A DNA stretch of 64,000 nt, from positions 2,296 to 66,295 of the forward strand of contig JAFSIB010000071.1 in NCBI GenBank assembly GCA_017440005.1, in the 5' to 3' direction. This document shows, one piece after another, positions 1 through 9,791 of the stretch. The DNA is from Clostridia bacterium (GTDB lineage: Bacteria > Bacillota > Clostridia > Oscillospirales > Acutalibacteraceae). Position 1 is the first letter of the stretch; the number at the start of each line of letters is the position of its first letter. Position numbers and translations under genes: made by a program. The notes under the pieces were generated by a model that saw only the letters and a program-made list of their open reading frames with translations, did not search any database and was not told the origin of the DNA.

Positions 1-423
1 GATGACTTCATTTCCCGTTTGCCGCACGGATACGATACCCCGCTCATGCGGATCTTTGAACAGACCGGCGTGGAACCGTCGATCGGTCAATGGCAGAAAC
101 TGGCGATCGCCCGCGCGTTTTATTCGGATTCAGACGTGCTCATTCTGGATGAACCGACCGCCTCTCTGGATGCGATCGCCGAGCAGGAGATCTTCAATCA
201 GTTTGACCGTTTGCGTGAAGACAAAACCACCTTTTTTGTGTCGCATCGGTTATCAAGTGCCACCATTGCCACCAAAATTTTGGTGTTGGACGGTGGGCGG
301 CTTACCGAAACGGGCAACCACACACAACTGATGCAACAAAAAGGCACGTATTACAAATTGTTTACCACGCAAGCCAGTCGGTATCTGGCAGAAGAAGCCG
401 AGCGCAAAGGCGCACCCGTTTGA
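1..423 (+). CDS. ABC transporter ATP-binding domain, C-terminal fragment (5' end lies outside the window)
   Basis: Frame 1 is open from nt 1. Signature-like SIGQWQKLAIARA, Walker B VLILDEPT and H-loop FVSHRL are present. The stop lies inside a terminator hairpin. Confidence 0.85.
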   Translation, partial: DDFISRLPHGYDTPLMRIFEQTGVEPSIGQWQKLAIARAFYSDSDVLILDEPTASLDAIAEQEIFNQFDRLREDKTTFFVSHRLSSATIATKILVLDGGRLTETGNHTQLMQQKGTYYKLFTTQASRYLAEEAERKGAPV

Positions 424-438
424 GGGTGCGCCTTTTTT
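409..438 (+). terminator. Intrinsic terminator
   Basis: GGCGCACCC (409-417) pairs with GGGTGCGCC (424-432) and is followed by T6. Confidence 0.8.
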
Positions 439-505
439 AAATTTACCGATTATTCACCAAAAATTTCTTGCATAGTCTATACTATAAGGAAAGGAGATGT
501 TACGC

Positions 506-1222
506 ATGTCAAAGAATAAGACCGTGTCGGTACGGCAGATCGTTTCGATCGCGGTGTTTATTACCATGGTCGCTTCCGCGGTGGTGTTGGCGGTTTCCAT
601 GATATTGGCACCGTCGGAACCCGCCGAAGGGGTTACGCGTGTGAAAAGCGATTACGTGCTGATGCTGTTGCAATCTATACTCGGCATTTTTGCCATGTTG
701 TTGCCGCGGTGGTTATCGCACAAGTGGGGCGTGGAGATTCCGTCGTTCATGATGATCCTGTATGCGGTGTTTCTGTATTGCGCCATTTACCTGGGCGAGG
801 TGCGCGGGTTTTATTATCTGATTCCGTATTGGGACACTATTCTGCACACGTTCAGCGGTGTGGCGCTGGGGGCTCTTGGTTTTTCGGTGTTGAGTTTGCT
901 TAATAAAACCGATCGCGTGCCGTTCAATTTAAGTCCCGCTTTTGTGGCGGTGTTTGCGTTCTGCTTTGCCATCTCGGTGGACGTTGTGTGGGAAATTTAC
1001 GAATACGTGATGGATGGCGCGTTCGCCATGAACATGCAAAAGCACGCGGCGGCAGGCGGCCGTGCGCTGATCGGCAGAGACGCCTTGGGCGACACCATGA
1101 CCGATCTTATCGTGGATTCGGTCGGTGCGTTGTTCATTTCCCTTGTGGGGTATGTTTCGCTCAAGTGGAAAAAAGGGTGGATCGAAAAAATGCTCCTGCG
1201 CATACGTAAGAAATCACATTAA
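506..1222 (+). CDS. Polytopic membrane protein, function unknown (possibly YjdF/DUF2238-like)
   Basis: Several hydrophobic segments. ATG 506 sits 9 nt after AAGGAAAGGAG; the track start at 497 is too close to the RBS. Confidence 0.6.
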   Translation: MSKNKTVSVRQIVSIAVFITMVASAVVLAVSMILAPSEPAEGVTRVKSDYVLMLLQSILGIFAMLLPRWLSHKWGVEIPSFMMILYAVFLYCAIYLGEVRGFYYLIPYWDTILHTFSGVALGALGFSVLSLLNKTDRVPFNLSPAFVAVFAFCFAISVDVVWEIYEYVMDGAFAMNMQKHAAAGGRALIGRDALGDTMTDLIVDSVGALFISLVGYVSLKWKKGWIEKMLLRIRKKSH

Positions 1223-2196
1223 GACACGGTGGTGCCTGTGTAGTAATGCTTGAGGATCTCCACATAGGTAAACCCTTGTTCCGCCATCGTTTTGGCACCG
1301 TGTTGGCTCATGCCTACCCCGTGACCGTATCCGCTCACGGTAAAGGTGAATCCGTCTGCACCGTGTGTGACGGAAAAGCACGCGGATTTGAGCCCCAACG
1401 CCTCGCGCACGTCCTTGCCGCTGAACGTCTGACCGCCGATCGTGATCGCGGTCACCGTGCCGGATTCCGATACGGTGGGTGTACCGGTGATCCACCCGTT
1501 CGCATCACCGGATAATGACAGCGCGGGGAATGCGGCGGCAAAATCGGCATCGGTAATAACGGTTGTTGTATTGTAATGCGGGGATACGGTATCGCCGCTG
1601 CTGACAACGGGTTGCAGATATGCAAATTCATTGCCCCAGATCACGGATGCCGCTTCCGTCCTGCCGGCGTTGGCGCTGTGATAGGCGGCAAAAATGGGTT
1701 CGCCGTTGAATAAGATCCTCTTGCCGTACACGGCATCCACCGCTGCGGCGATGGTCTGCAGATGCTTGTCATAGGAATCCCCCCACAACGTTTTCAGCCC
1801 TTCCGGAGAATACGTGGTGGGAAACGATGCGGGCACGGCGGAAAAATCCGCACCCTGCAAAGCCGCATTATCCGCTTGACGGCTTTTTTCGTAAGTATAA
1901 TATGTATAAGAAGCAACCGCCTGCGCCTTGAGTGCCTCTTCGGGGTAGGATGCCGGCATTTCGGCGGCAACGGTATAGATCAGAAAATCCCGCTCGGCAA
2001 AGGTGTAGATTACACCCGCGTTAGCATCCAACACTTTAAACACCGCGGTGTCGGTTTCGGGTAACGTGCTGGGCTCGTCCGGTGTTACAACGGGTGGTGT
2101 CGGTGTCGGCGTCGGTTCCGGTACACGTAACGTGGATAAGGGCAACAGTAAGAATAAACAGTAGCAAATGGCGCAAATTCCCAGATATGCTTTCAT
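1219..2196 (-). CDS. spoIID: Stage II sporulation protein D (SpoIID lytic transglycosylase family)
   Basis: N-terminal signal/TM segment, AYHSANAGRTE and C-terminal GYGHGVGMSQHGA motifs typical of SpoIID/LytB. Confidence 0.9.
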   Translation of the reverse strand: MKAYLGICAICYCLFLLLPLSTLRVPEPTPTPTPPVVTPDEPSTLPETDTAVFKVLDANAGVIYTFAERDFLIYTVAAEMPASYPEEALKAQAVASYTYYTYEKSRQADNAALQGADFSAVPASFPTTYSPEGLKTLWGDSYDKHLQTIAAAVDAVYGKRILFNGEPIFAAYHSANAGRTEAASVIWGNEFAYLQPVVSSGDTVSPHYNTTTVITDADFAAAFPALSLSGDANGWITGTPTVSESGTVTAITIGGQTFSGKDVREALGLKSACFSVTHGADGFTFTVSGYGHGVGMSQHGAKTMAEQGFTYVEILKHYYTGTTVS

Positions 2197-2226
2197 AACA
2201 TCCTCCTTGTGTTCGACAAAAAAGAT

Positions 2227-2255
2227 TTGACATTTTGCACCTGACAGTGCATAAT
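2227..2255 (+). promoter_or_regulatory. Sigma-A type promoter upstream of citrate synthase
   Basis: TTGACA (2227-2232), 17-nt spacer, CATAAT (2250-2255). Confidence 0.5.
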
Positions 2256-2287
2256 AGAAACACTATTTTTAAAAAGGGAAGAACTCT

Positions 2288-3661
2288 ATGGACAGTTTAT
2301 TTGAAATGGACAACTTGTTTGAAAACTCTTTGTTTACATCTTTATGCGGACAAGTGAGGGAAAATAACCACATCCCGCGCGAACGGTATAACAATTATGA
2401 TGTTAAGCGCGGGCTGCGTAACGCGGACGGAACCGGTGTGGTGGCAGGGCTTACCCGCATCTGTAACGTGCACGGTTACGTGTTGTCGGAGGGTGAGAAG
2501 CAATCCATCGAAGGTGAACTCACGTACCGTGGGTATCACATTGAGGATCTGGTAAACGGCAGTCACGGGCAGGGCCGTTTCGGCTTTGAAGAAGTGGTCT
2601 TTTTGTTGTTGTTCGGCAGTTTGCCGACCAAAGACCAACTGGCTCGGTTTTACGATCTGTTGGCGCAAAGCCGCGATCTGCCGGAATACTTTGCCGAGGA
2701 CATGATCCTGAAAGCGCCCTCTCCCGATATTATGAACAAAATGGCGCGTTCGGTGCTTACCATGTATTCGTACGATTCGCATCCCGAACCGGAGAGTTTG
2801 GAAAACGTGTTGCGGCAGTGCATTCAACTGATTGCCATGCTGCCCACGGTGCTGGGGTACGCGTATCAGGTCAAACGCCGCCATTACGATAAAGAAAGTA
2901 TGTATTTCCATCCGATGTTGCCGCAGTTGTCCACATCGGAAACCATTTTGCGCACCATTCGCGCCGATGCGAAATACACCGATGAAGAAGCACGGCTTCT
3001 GGACTTGTGCCTGATGTTGCATGCAGAGCACGGCGGCGGTAATAACTCAGCGTTTGCCACGCGCGTGTTGTCCTCTTCGGGTACTGACACGTATTCTGCG
3101 ATCGCCGCGGCGATCGGCTCGCTCAAAGGCCACCGTCACGGCGGTGCTAACCTTAAAGTGACGCAGATGTTGCGTGAACTGATGGGGAATATTCAAAACA
3201 AGGACGATGACGAGGAGATCGCCGCATACCTTGGTAAGATCCTGCGTAAGGAAGCGGGTGACGGTTCCGGACTCATCTACGGCATGGGACATGCGGTGTA
3301 CACGTTGTCGGATCCGCGTGCCGTGATCCTCAAACGGGAAGCGAAGCGCATTGCCGAGGAACACGGCTATGGGGATGATTTCAAAATGCTGGATGCCGTG
3401 GAACGTCTGACCCCCGCCGTGATGGCAGAAGTACGCGGCATTGACCGTGCGCTGTGTGCCAACGTGGATATGTATTCGGGGCTTGTGTACCGTTCACTGG
3501 GCATTTCCGAGGATCTGTTCACCCCGTTGTTTGCGGTGGCGCGGATCAGCGGTTGGTGTGCACATCGTCTGGAAGAATATCTGACCGGTAAACGCATCAT
3601 CCGTCCGGCATATAAGCCGTTCAGTCACAGCAAGGAATATATTTCGCTCGAAAAGCGGTAA
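2288..3661 (+). CDS. Citrate synthase
   Basis: Citrate synthase signatures LMLHAEHGGGNNS and GMGHAVY. 457 aa. Confidence 0.9.
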   Translation: MDSLFEMDNLFENSLFTSLCGQVRENNHIPRERYNNYDVKRGLRNADGTGVVAGLTRICNVHGYVLSEGEKQSIEGELTYRGYHIEDLVNGSHGQGRFGFEEVVFLLLFGSLPTKDQLARFYDLLAQSRDLPEYFAEDMILKAPSPDIMNKMARSVLTMYSYDSHPEPESLENVLRQCIQLIAMLPTVLGYAYQVKRRHYDKESMYFHPMLPQLSTSETILRTIRADAKYTDEEARLLDLCLMLHAEHGGGNNSAFATRVLSSSGTDTYSAIAAAIGSLKGHRHGGANLKVTQMLRELMGNIQNKDDDEEIAAYLGKILRKEAGDGSGLIYGMGHAVYTLSDPRAVILKREAKRIAEEHGYGDDFKMLDAVERLTPAVMAEVRGIDRALCANVDMYSGLVYRSLGISEDLFTPLFAVARISGWCAHRLEEYLTGKRIIRPAYKPFSHSKEYISLEKR

Positions 3662-3668
3662 AGACAGT

Positions 3669-3700
3669 GGCGCACCACCGATACGTGGTGCGCCGTTTTT
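3669..3700 (+). terminator. Intrinsic terminator
   Basis: GGCGCACCAC (3669-3678) pairs with GTGGTGCGCC (3685-3694), then GTTTTT. Confidence 0.8.
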
Positions 3701-3773
3701 GCGTATGCAATTCTCGGCTTCACGGTTGATTTTTTTGGAAAATGTGATACAATATAGCGAGTGAGGGATATCT

Positions 3774-4760
3774 ATGAAAAAGATGACAATTGATCTACAA
3801 CCGAATTATCGCTATCTGTGCATCATCACAGCTGCGGCGGCAGTTCTTCTTGCCGTTTTACGGGTCGCGCTTACGCCGATCGCGTTTGATCAGCCGGCGC
3901 CGTACGCGGTGGCGTTGGTGGCAACGTTGCTGATGGTTGCTGCCGTATTGGGCGTTTGCGCCGTCGGCAAGCAACCCCTTTCAGCGAAAAGCGGCCGTGT
4001 GACGCGGTTACTGTCTGCGGCGGCGATCATCATGGGGGCAACGTTTGTAATCTTCACGTTTTCCGCCGCGTTTTCGTGGTTTGCCGAAGGATTGATGCCG
4101 TTTCCGCAAAAACCCGTCATCGGCAAGATCGACGTGATGCTACTGTATCTGTTTTTGATTGCAGGGCTACTCAGCGGGGTATTCTTTTCCCACCTTGCCA
4201 TTCAATGGTGGCACGACAATAAAACTACACGGGGACTTGCCCCGTTGCTTGCCTTAGCACCCGTTTTGTGGAGTTGGGTGCGGGTGATTCGGTACATCAC
4301 CTCGTATGTGAGCACAACAGGCTTGTTCCGCAATCTGTACGACCTTGCGATGATCGTCTTTGAACTGTTGTTTTTCGTGCAGTTTGCGCGGTATATTACA
4401 CGCATTGATGAGGGCGGTTCCCGTTTCTTTTTCGGTATATCGCTTTGCACCGGCTTGTTGTGCACGGTGAGTGGAATTTCGCAGATCGTGTTTTTTGTGC
4501 TGCAGGATCACGCGGCGTTTGATACGTGCGTGTTGGTGGAAGCACCCGATTTTGCGGTTGCGTTGCTTGCGTTTGCCACCGTGTTTGTGCAGGCGTTCGG
4601 TAAACCGTGTGAGGAAGAACCGCTTGAACCCGAGTCGGAAGAGGAAGAGGCGGCAACGGATGAAGAAGATGACCCCGAAGACGGCGTCGGTGCGGAATTC
4701 CTGTTGAGCGATGAATGGTTTATCGTAACGGATGACGAAAACGAGGACGAGGACGACTAA
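3774..4760 (+). CDS. Multi-pass membrane protein with a strongly acidic C-terminal tail, function unknown
   Basis: GAGGGA RBS. About 7 hydrophobic segments. The last ~55 aa are dominated by E/D (EEEPLEPESEEEEAATDEEDDPED...DDENEDEDD). Confidence 0.6.
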   Translation: MKKMTIDLQPNYRYLCIITAAAAVLLAVLRVALTPIAFDQPAPYAVALVATLLMVAAVLGVCAVGKQPLSAKSGRVTRLLSAAAIIMGATFVIFTFSAAFSWFAEGLMPFPQKPVIGKIDVMLLYLFLIAGLLSGVFFSHLAIQWWHDNKTTRGLAPLLALAPVLWSWVRVIRYITSYVSTTGLFRNLYDLAMIVFELLFFVQFARYITRIDEGGSRFFFGISLCTGLLCTVSGISQIVFFVLQDHAAFDTCVLVEAPDFAVALLAFATVFVQAFGKPCEEEPLEPESEEEEAATDEEDDPEDGVGAEFLLSDEWFIVTDDENEDEDD

Positions 4761-4867
4761 AGTGGATTCGCTCTTGGGCAAAATTCATGAAAAAACCGAT
4801 TGCGTGAGAGATTCCTTACTGCAAGGGTATAAAATTTGACGGATTGGTTAAAATTTTATCAAAGTTC

Positions 4868-4896
4868 TTGAAAAATTTGCCTGAAGAGTGTAATAT
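4868..4896 (+). promoter_or_regulatory. Sigma-A type promoter upstream of gap
   Basis: TTGAAA (4868-4873), 17-nt spacer, TAATAT (4891-4896). Confidence 0.45.
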
Positions 4897-4930
4897 AATA
4901 AAAGATCAAAAATATTGGAGGAGTTCAGTT

Positions 4931-5950
4931 ATGGCAGTTAAAGTTGCAATCAATGGCTTTGGCCGCATCGGCCGTCTGGCTTTCCGTCAGATGTTCGGCG
5001 CCGAAGGCTACGAGATCGTTGCGATCAACGACCTCACCAAACCCAGCATGTTGGCACATCTTTTGAAATACGATACCGCTCAGGGCCGTTATGACGGTCA
5101 CACCGTTGTCGCGGACGACGAAGCGGGCACCATCACCGTTGACGGCAAGGTGCTGAAGATCTATGCTGAGAAAAACGCTGCGGATCTGCCCTGGGGCGAG
5201 ATCGGCGTGGACGTCGTGCTCGAGTGCACCGGCTTCTACTGCAGCAAAGAGAAGAGCCAGGCTCACATCGATGCCGGCGCAAAGAAAGTCGTTATCTCGG
5301 CTCCCGCAGGTAACGACCTGAAGACCATCGTGTTCAACGTGAACCACGAGACCCTGACTGCGGATGACACCATCATCTCCGCTGCTTCCTGCACCACCAA
5401 CTGCCTCGCTCCCATGGCGAAGGCTCTTAACGATTACGCTCCCATCCAGAGCGGTATCATGACCACCGTTCATGCGTACACCGGCGATCAGATGATCCTG
5501 GACGGCCCGCACCGCAAAGGCGATCTCCGCCGCGCTCGTGCCGGTGCTCAGAACATCGTTCCCAACTCCACCGGTGCTGCAAAAGCCATCGGTCTGGTTA
5601 TTCCGGAACTCAACGGCAAACTGATCGGTTCCGCTCAGCGTGTACCCACCTGCACCGGTTCCACCACCATTTTGGTTGCCGTTGTGAAGGGTAAGGACAT
5701 CACCAAAGAAGGCATCAACGCCGCTATGAAGGCTGCTGCTCCCGAGTCCTACGGTTACAACGAGGATCAGATCGTGTCTTCCGACGTGATCGGTATCCGT
5801 TACGGTTCCTTGTTCGATGCTACGCAGACCATGGTCGCGAAGATCGACGAAGACACCTATCAGGTGCAGGTCGTGTCGTGGTACGACAACGAAAACTCCT
5901 ACACCAGCCAGATGGTTCGCACCATCAAATATTTTGCGGAACTCGCTTAA
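4931..5950 (+). CDS. gap: Type I glyceraldehyde-3-phosphate dehydrogenase
   Basis: [16 protein letters not shown]-terminus and active-site [21 protein letters not shown] lies before ATG 4931; the track ORF start at 4844 is an extension. Confidence 0.95.
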   Translation: MAVKVAINGFGRIGRLAFRQMFGAEGYEIVAINDLTKPSMLAHLLKYDTAQGRYDGHTVVADDEAGTITVDGKVLKIYAEKNAADLPWGEIGVDVVLECTGFYCSKEKSQAHIDAGAKKVVISAPAGNDLKTIVFNVNHETLTADDTIISAASCTTNCLAPMAKALNDYAPIQSGIMTTVHAYTGDQMILDGPHRKGDLRRARAGAQNIVPNSTGAAKAIGLVIPELNGKLIGSAQRVPTCTGSTTILVAVVKGKDITKEGINAAMKAAAPESYGYNEDQIVSSDVIGIRYGSLFDATQTMVAKIDEDTYQVQVVSWYDNENSYTSQMVRTIKYFAELA

Positions 5951-5967
5951 GACAATCGCATAAGAGG

Positions 5968-5999
5968 GGCGCGGGATTGAGGAATCCCGCGCCTTTTTT
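5968..5999 (+). terminator. Intrinsic terminator
   Basis: GGCGCGGGATT (5968-5978) pairs with AATCCCGCGCC (5983-5993), followed by T6. Confidence 0.85.
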
Positions 6000-6009
6000 A
6001 TTTGTTTTC

Positions 6010-6038
6010 TTGCACAAGCTTAAAAACCGTGGTACAAT
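6010..6038 (+). promoter_or_regulatory. Sigma-A type promoter (extended -10)
   Basis: TTGCAC (6010-6015), 17-nt spacer, TGgTACAAT (-10 hexamer at 6033-6038). Confidence 0.5.
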
Positions 6039-6062
6039 ACACGTGTATGTGAGGTGTAACGA

Positions 6063-6659
6063 ATGTTTAAAGAAAATTGCAAACAAGCTCTGGCGTTGTA
6101 CGGGCGCACGTTTTTGGCGGGCGTTATGGGTCTTTTCATTTATTTGTCGGTCGGCGTTTTAGTGTCGATCGCGGTGCCGCGCGGCGAAACGATGAGCGCG
6201 GCAACGTCGCTTGTGATGAACATGATCTCGTTGTTTTTGCAAGGCGGCCTGTTTTATATCATTGTGTACAGCCGCTTGTGGGATCTCGGTGATAAAAACG
6301 GCAACGCGGTGCAGTTCGGCCGTATGGCGCCCGATCCGTTGCGCGGTTTAAAAATCGGGTTGCTTGCCGCCATTCCGTCGTTTCTCAGTTTTTTGGTGCT
6401 CTTGGCGGATAAACTCTTTGGCGTGTGGCCGCACACGGCAACGGTATACCGCGTGTGCCAACTGGGGTTATACCCCATCATCGTATGGTCAATGGGCCCC
6501 AATGTGCAGATCGCGGCGGCGGATGTGTCGCTTGGCGGAATTCTGTGCGCGGGATTGCCGGTGCTGTTTGTGCCGGCGGTTGCGTGTCTCGCATACTACC
6601 TTGGTTTCCGACACATCGTGGTGTGGGAAAAGGTCGTGTTTGTCCGCAAAAAGAAATAA
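6063..6659 (+). CDS. Membrane protein, function unknown
   Basis: GAGGTG RBS, ~6 hydrophobic segments, no recognisable motif. Confidence 0.55.
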   Translation: MFKENCKQALALYGRTFLAGVMGLFIYLSVGVLVSIAVPRGETMSAATSLVMNMISLFLQGGLFYIIVYSRLWDLGDKNGNAVQFGRMAPDPLRGLKIGLLAAIPSFLSFLVLLADKLFGVWPHTATVYRVCQLGLYPIIVWSMGPNVQIAAADVSLGGILCAGLPVLFVPAVACLAYYLGFRHIVVWEKVVFVRKKK

Positions 6660-6701
6660 CGGGTTCCATCTCCGCATAAGCATATAGCGGAGGGGATCAC
6701 G

Positions 6702-7397
6702 GTGAAACAACTTTTTCGCTTGGCAGTGTGGGACGTAGCGATCGTGCTGACCTGTGCGGCGATCGTGCTGACGGTGTCGTTTGGGCATACGGATCGCCGC
6801 TTTGCGCAGGCACAGAGGAACGCGGCAACCCGCATTGTGATCGATGCGGGGCACGGCGGCGCGGACGGCGGCGCCGAAGCGGCAGACGGTACGTTGGAAA
6901 AAACCATCAATCTGGCGGTCGCGCAACCGCTCGGGGATCTGTTGCAGATCATGGGATATGCTGTTACGTATACCCGCATAGATGATACGATGATCCACAC
7001 CGAAGGCGATACGTTGCGTGAACGCAAAGTGAGCGATATGCGCAACCGTTTGGCATTGGTGGAAACGGCAGATCTGACGGTCAGTATCCATCAGAACAAG
7101 TTTCCGCAGACGCAGTACAGCGGCACGCAGGTGTTTTACGGTGTGGGGCACGAAACCAGTCGCACGGTGGCGGCAGCAATACGCGAGGAAGTGGTGTCAC
7201 TGTTGCAACCGCACAATACCCGTGAACTGAAAAAAGGCGATTCTAACATTTACTTATTATCCAAAGCCACGCGCCCCATTGTATTGGTGGAGTGCGGCTT
7301 TTTATCCAACCCGTCGGAACTTGCAAACTTAAAAACGGAAACGTACCGTTGCCGTTTGGCGTTTGCGATCGCTGGCGGTGTCCTGAAGGGGCGTTGA
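6702..7397 (+). CDS. cwlD: N-acetylmuramoyl-L-alanine amidase, CwlD-like (germination-specific type)
   Basis: GTG start after GGAGGGGA. N-terminal TM segment, then Amidase_3 motifs VIDAGHGGADGGA, SIHQN and ECGFLSNPSE. Confidence 0.8.
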   Translation: MKQLFRLAVWDVAIVLTCAAIVLTVSFGHTDRRFAQAQRNAATRIVIDAGHGGADGGAEAADGTLEKTINLAVAQPLGDLLQIMGYAVTYTRIDDTMIHTEGDTLRERKVSDMRNRLALVETADLTVSIHQNKFPQTQYSGTQVFYGVGHETSRTVAAAIREEVVSLLQPHNTRELKKGDSNIYLLSKATRPIVLVECGFLSNPSELANLKTETYRCRLAFAIAGGVLKGR

Positions 7398-7399
7398 AA

Positions 7400-8749
7400 A
7401 TGGCAGGAAAACAAAAGAGTATATACGTTTGTTCGGAATGCGGCGGGCAATTCCCCAAGTGGTCGGGCAAATGCCCGTTGTGCGGTGAGTGGAACACCAT
7501 TGCCGAAGAACCCACCGTTGTACGGCAATCAGCGGCAACGTCTGCGCGACGGCAGGCGGTCGTGACCATGGATGCCATTGATACGCAGGCCGAAACGCGG
7601 TATTTGACCGGGATCGGAGAATTGGACCGTGTGCTCGGCGGCGGTATCGTGCCAGGCGGGCTCATGCTCATCGGCGGTGATCCGGGTATCGGAAAATCCA
7701 CGTTGCTGTTGCAAATTTGCGGAAAATTAAGCGAAAATTTCAAAATTTTATACGTTTCCGGTGAGGAATCCCCGCGCCAGATCAAACTGCGCGCCGAACG
7801 GTTGGCGGTCGGCGGTGAATCACTTTTGCTGTTGTGTGAAACCGATATGGATGCGGTATTGGATGCCATTCGCGAAAACAAGCCCGATATGGTGATCGTC
7901 GATTCCATCCAGACGGTGAGTCTTTCGGAAGTGGCATCGTCACCGGGCAGTGTCACGCAGGTGCGCGAATGTGCATCGGCGCTGATGCGGGAGGCAAAAC
8001 AAAACGATATTCCGATCTTCATTGTCGGACATGTGAACAAAGACGGCGCTATCGCCGGTCCCAAAGTGATGGAACACATTGTGGATTGCGTTTTATATTT
8101 TGAAGGCGATCCGCACAGTAATTATCGCATGTTGCGTTGTGCCAAAAACCGTTACGGCTCCACCAACGAAGTCGGTGTGTTTGAAATGCAGGGACGCGGC
8201 TTGGTGGAAGTGGAAAATCCCTCGCTCATGTTGTTGTCGGGCAGACCGAAAAACGTAAGCGGCACGTGTGTGGCGTGTGTGATGGAAGGCACGCGTCCGT
8301 TGTTGGCGGAAGTACAGGGACTGGTTTCACCGACCGGATTCGGCAATCCGCGGCGGATGTCCACGGGCTTTGACGGCAATCGATTGGCGCTGCTGCTTGC
8401 GGTGCTGGAAAAACGTGCGGGATACTTTTTCTCCAACTTAGATACCTATCTGAACGTGATCGGCGGATTGCGGTTGGATGAACCGGCGGCGGATCTGCCG
8501 GTTGCGTTGGCGCTGATCTCGAGTTTAAAAGACACCCCGATGGACGAAGGCGTGGTCGCGTTTGGAGAGATCGGCTTGGCGGGTGAGTTGCGGTCGGTCT
8601 CGGGTGCGGAACAACGTATCGCCGAAGCGGCACGGCTTGGCTTTACAAAGATCATTGTACCGGAACAAACCAAACGGACACTGCACGGCACATATCCCAT
8701 TGAAATCGTCGGTGCCAAAACCGTCCGCGAAGCATACGAAAATTTATAA
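7400..8749 (+). CDS. radA: DNA repair protein RadA/Sms
   Basis: Zinc ribbon CSECGG...CPLCGEW, Walker A GGDPGIGKST, KNRYG motif and Lon-like C-terminal domain. The track ORF start at 7292 overlaps cwlD and was trimmed. Confidence 0.95.
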   Translation: MAGKQKSIYVCSECGGQFPKWSGKCPLCGEWNTIAEEPTVVRQSAATSARRQAVVTMDAIDTQAETRYLTGIGELDRVLGGGIVPGGLMLIGGDPGIGKSTLLLQICGKLSENFKILYVSGEESPRQIKLRAERLAVGGESLLLLCETDMDAVLDAIRENKPDMVIVDSIQTVSLSEVASSPGSVTQVRECASALMREAKQNDIPIFIVGHVNKDGAIAGPKVMEHIVDCVLYFEGDPHSNYRMLRCAKNRYGSTNEVGVFEMQGRGLVEVENPSLMLLSGRPKNVSGTCVACVMEGTRPLLAEVQGLVSPTGFGNPRRMSTGFDGNRLALLLAVLEKRAGYFFSNLDTYLNVIGGLRLDEPAADLPVALALISSLKDTPMDEGVVAFGEIGLAGELRSVSGAEQRIAEAARLGFTKIIVPEQTKRTLHGTYPIEIVGAKTVREAYENL

Positions 8750-8759
8750 AATCAACGAA

Positions 8760-8790
8760 CAGGCAAACACAATGTGTTTGCCTGTTTTTT
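8760..8790 (+). terminator. Intrinsic terminator
   Basis: CAGGCAAACAC (8760-8770) pairs with GTGTTTGCCTG (8774-8784), followed by T6. Confidence 0.85.
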
Positions 8791-8858
8791 GTTGTTATAT
8801 TTTGAAGTTTCCTTCAAACACTACCAAGAGAAAAAGTGGAACCAAAGGAGGAAACGCC

Positions 8859-9788
8859 ATGAAAAAATATGTGTGGTTGGCAGTCGGCGTGTGTGTGGCG
8901 ATTGCGGCGATTTTTGCGGTGCGTTCGGCAACAGTGCCAAAGGAGATCACGGTATCGCTTGTTACGTTGGAACCCGCCACGTTGCAACACACGGTGACCT
9001 GCACCGGCAAGGTGGAAGCGGGCGAACAACGGGACGTATTTGTGGAGATGCCGTGTGTGACAAAAGAGATCTTTGTGAAAGAAGGGCAGACGGTCAAAGC
9101 GGGCGATGTCCTGTTTTCCATTGATACCGCCGCAACGCAGGCGGTACTGTCGCAATTGGTGCCTTCGCTTAATGGCGGGATCGGCGATCTGAAAGAAACC
9201 GTGACGGCACCTGTGGCGGGAACGGTCGCCTCGGTGGACGTTCAAACGGGAGAGGTGGCAGATCATACCAAGCCGTGCGTGAGCATTGCCGCAGAAGATG
9301 CCGTGCAGGTCACGGTGGCGATCCGCGAACGGCATTTGCCGCGCGTGAGTATCGGACAGTCTGCCACCGTGACGGGTGTGGCGTTTTTGCAGGATCGGTA
9401 TGCGGGCGAGGTGGTCGCGATCGCCGATACCGCGCATCAGGAGTACGTGGGAACGGTTTCCGAAACGGTGGTGGATGCCGTGATCGCGCTGGATGCGGGC
9501 GTTGCGGATGAATCGCTTCGCACCGGACTCAATGCGCAGGTGGAAATTTTGACGGGTGTTACGGAAAACGTGTTGTTAATACCGTACGATTGTCTGGCAC
9601 AAACAGAAGAGGGGGACGATTGTGTATATGTGTACAATGCTGACGGGGAAGCTGTACGGCGGCTTATCGAAGTGGACGGCGAATATGCCGACGGAGTTTT
9701 GGTGGTGTCCGGCGTATCGGCGGGCGAACGGTTGGTACAGGCTGCGGAAACCTTATCCGGCGCGCGGGTGCGCGTGCGTGCGGGGTGA
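8859..9788 (+). CDS. Efflux transporter periplasmic adaptor subunit (HlyD/MacA/YknX-like)
   Basis: AAAGGAGG RBS before ATG 8859. N-terminal TM anchor, then beta-barrel/lipoyl-like adaptor sequence. Directly coupled to an FtsX-type permease. Confidence 0.8.
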   Translation: MKKYVWLAVGVCVAIAAIFAVRSATVPKEITVSLVTLEPATLQHTVTCTGKVEAGEQRDVFVEMPCVTKEIFVKEGQTVKAGDVLFSIDTAATQAVLSQLVPSLNGGIGDLKETVTAPVAGTVASVDVQTGEVADHTKPCVSIAAEDAVQVTVAIRERHLPRVSIGQSATVTGVAFLQDRYAGEVVAIADTAHQEYVGTVSETVVDAVIALDAGVADESLRTGLNAQVEILTGVTENVLLIPYDCLAQTEEGDDCVYVYNADGEAVRRLIEVDGEYADGVLVVSGVSAGERLVQAAETLSGARVRVRAG

Positions 9789-9791
9789 TCT

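Noticed and set aside
2197-2287. Attempt to call a sigma-E type sporulation promoter for spoIID in the divergent spacer
   Set aside because: I could not find a convincing match to the sigma-E -35/-10 consensus by eye. Only the plus-strand sigma-A-like promoter for citrate synthase is supported.
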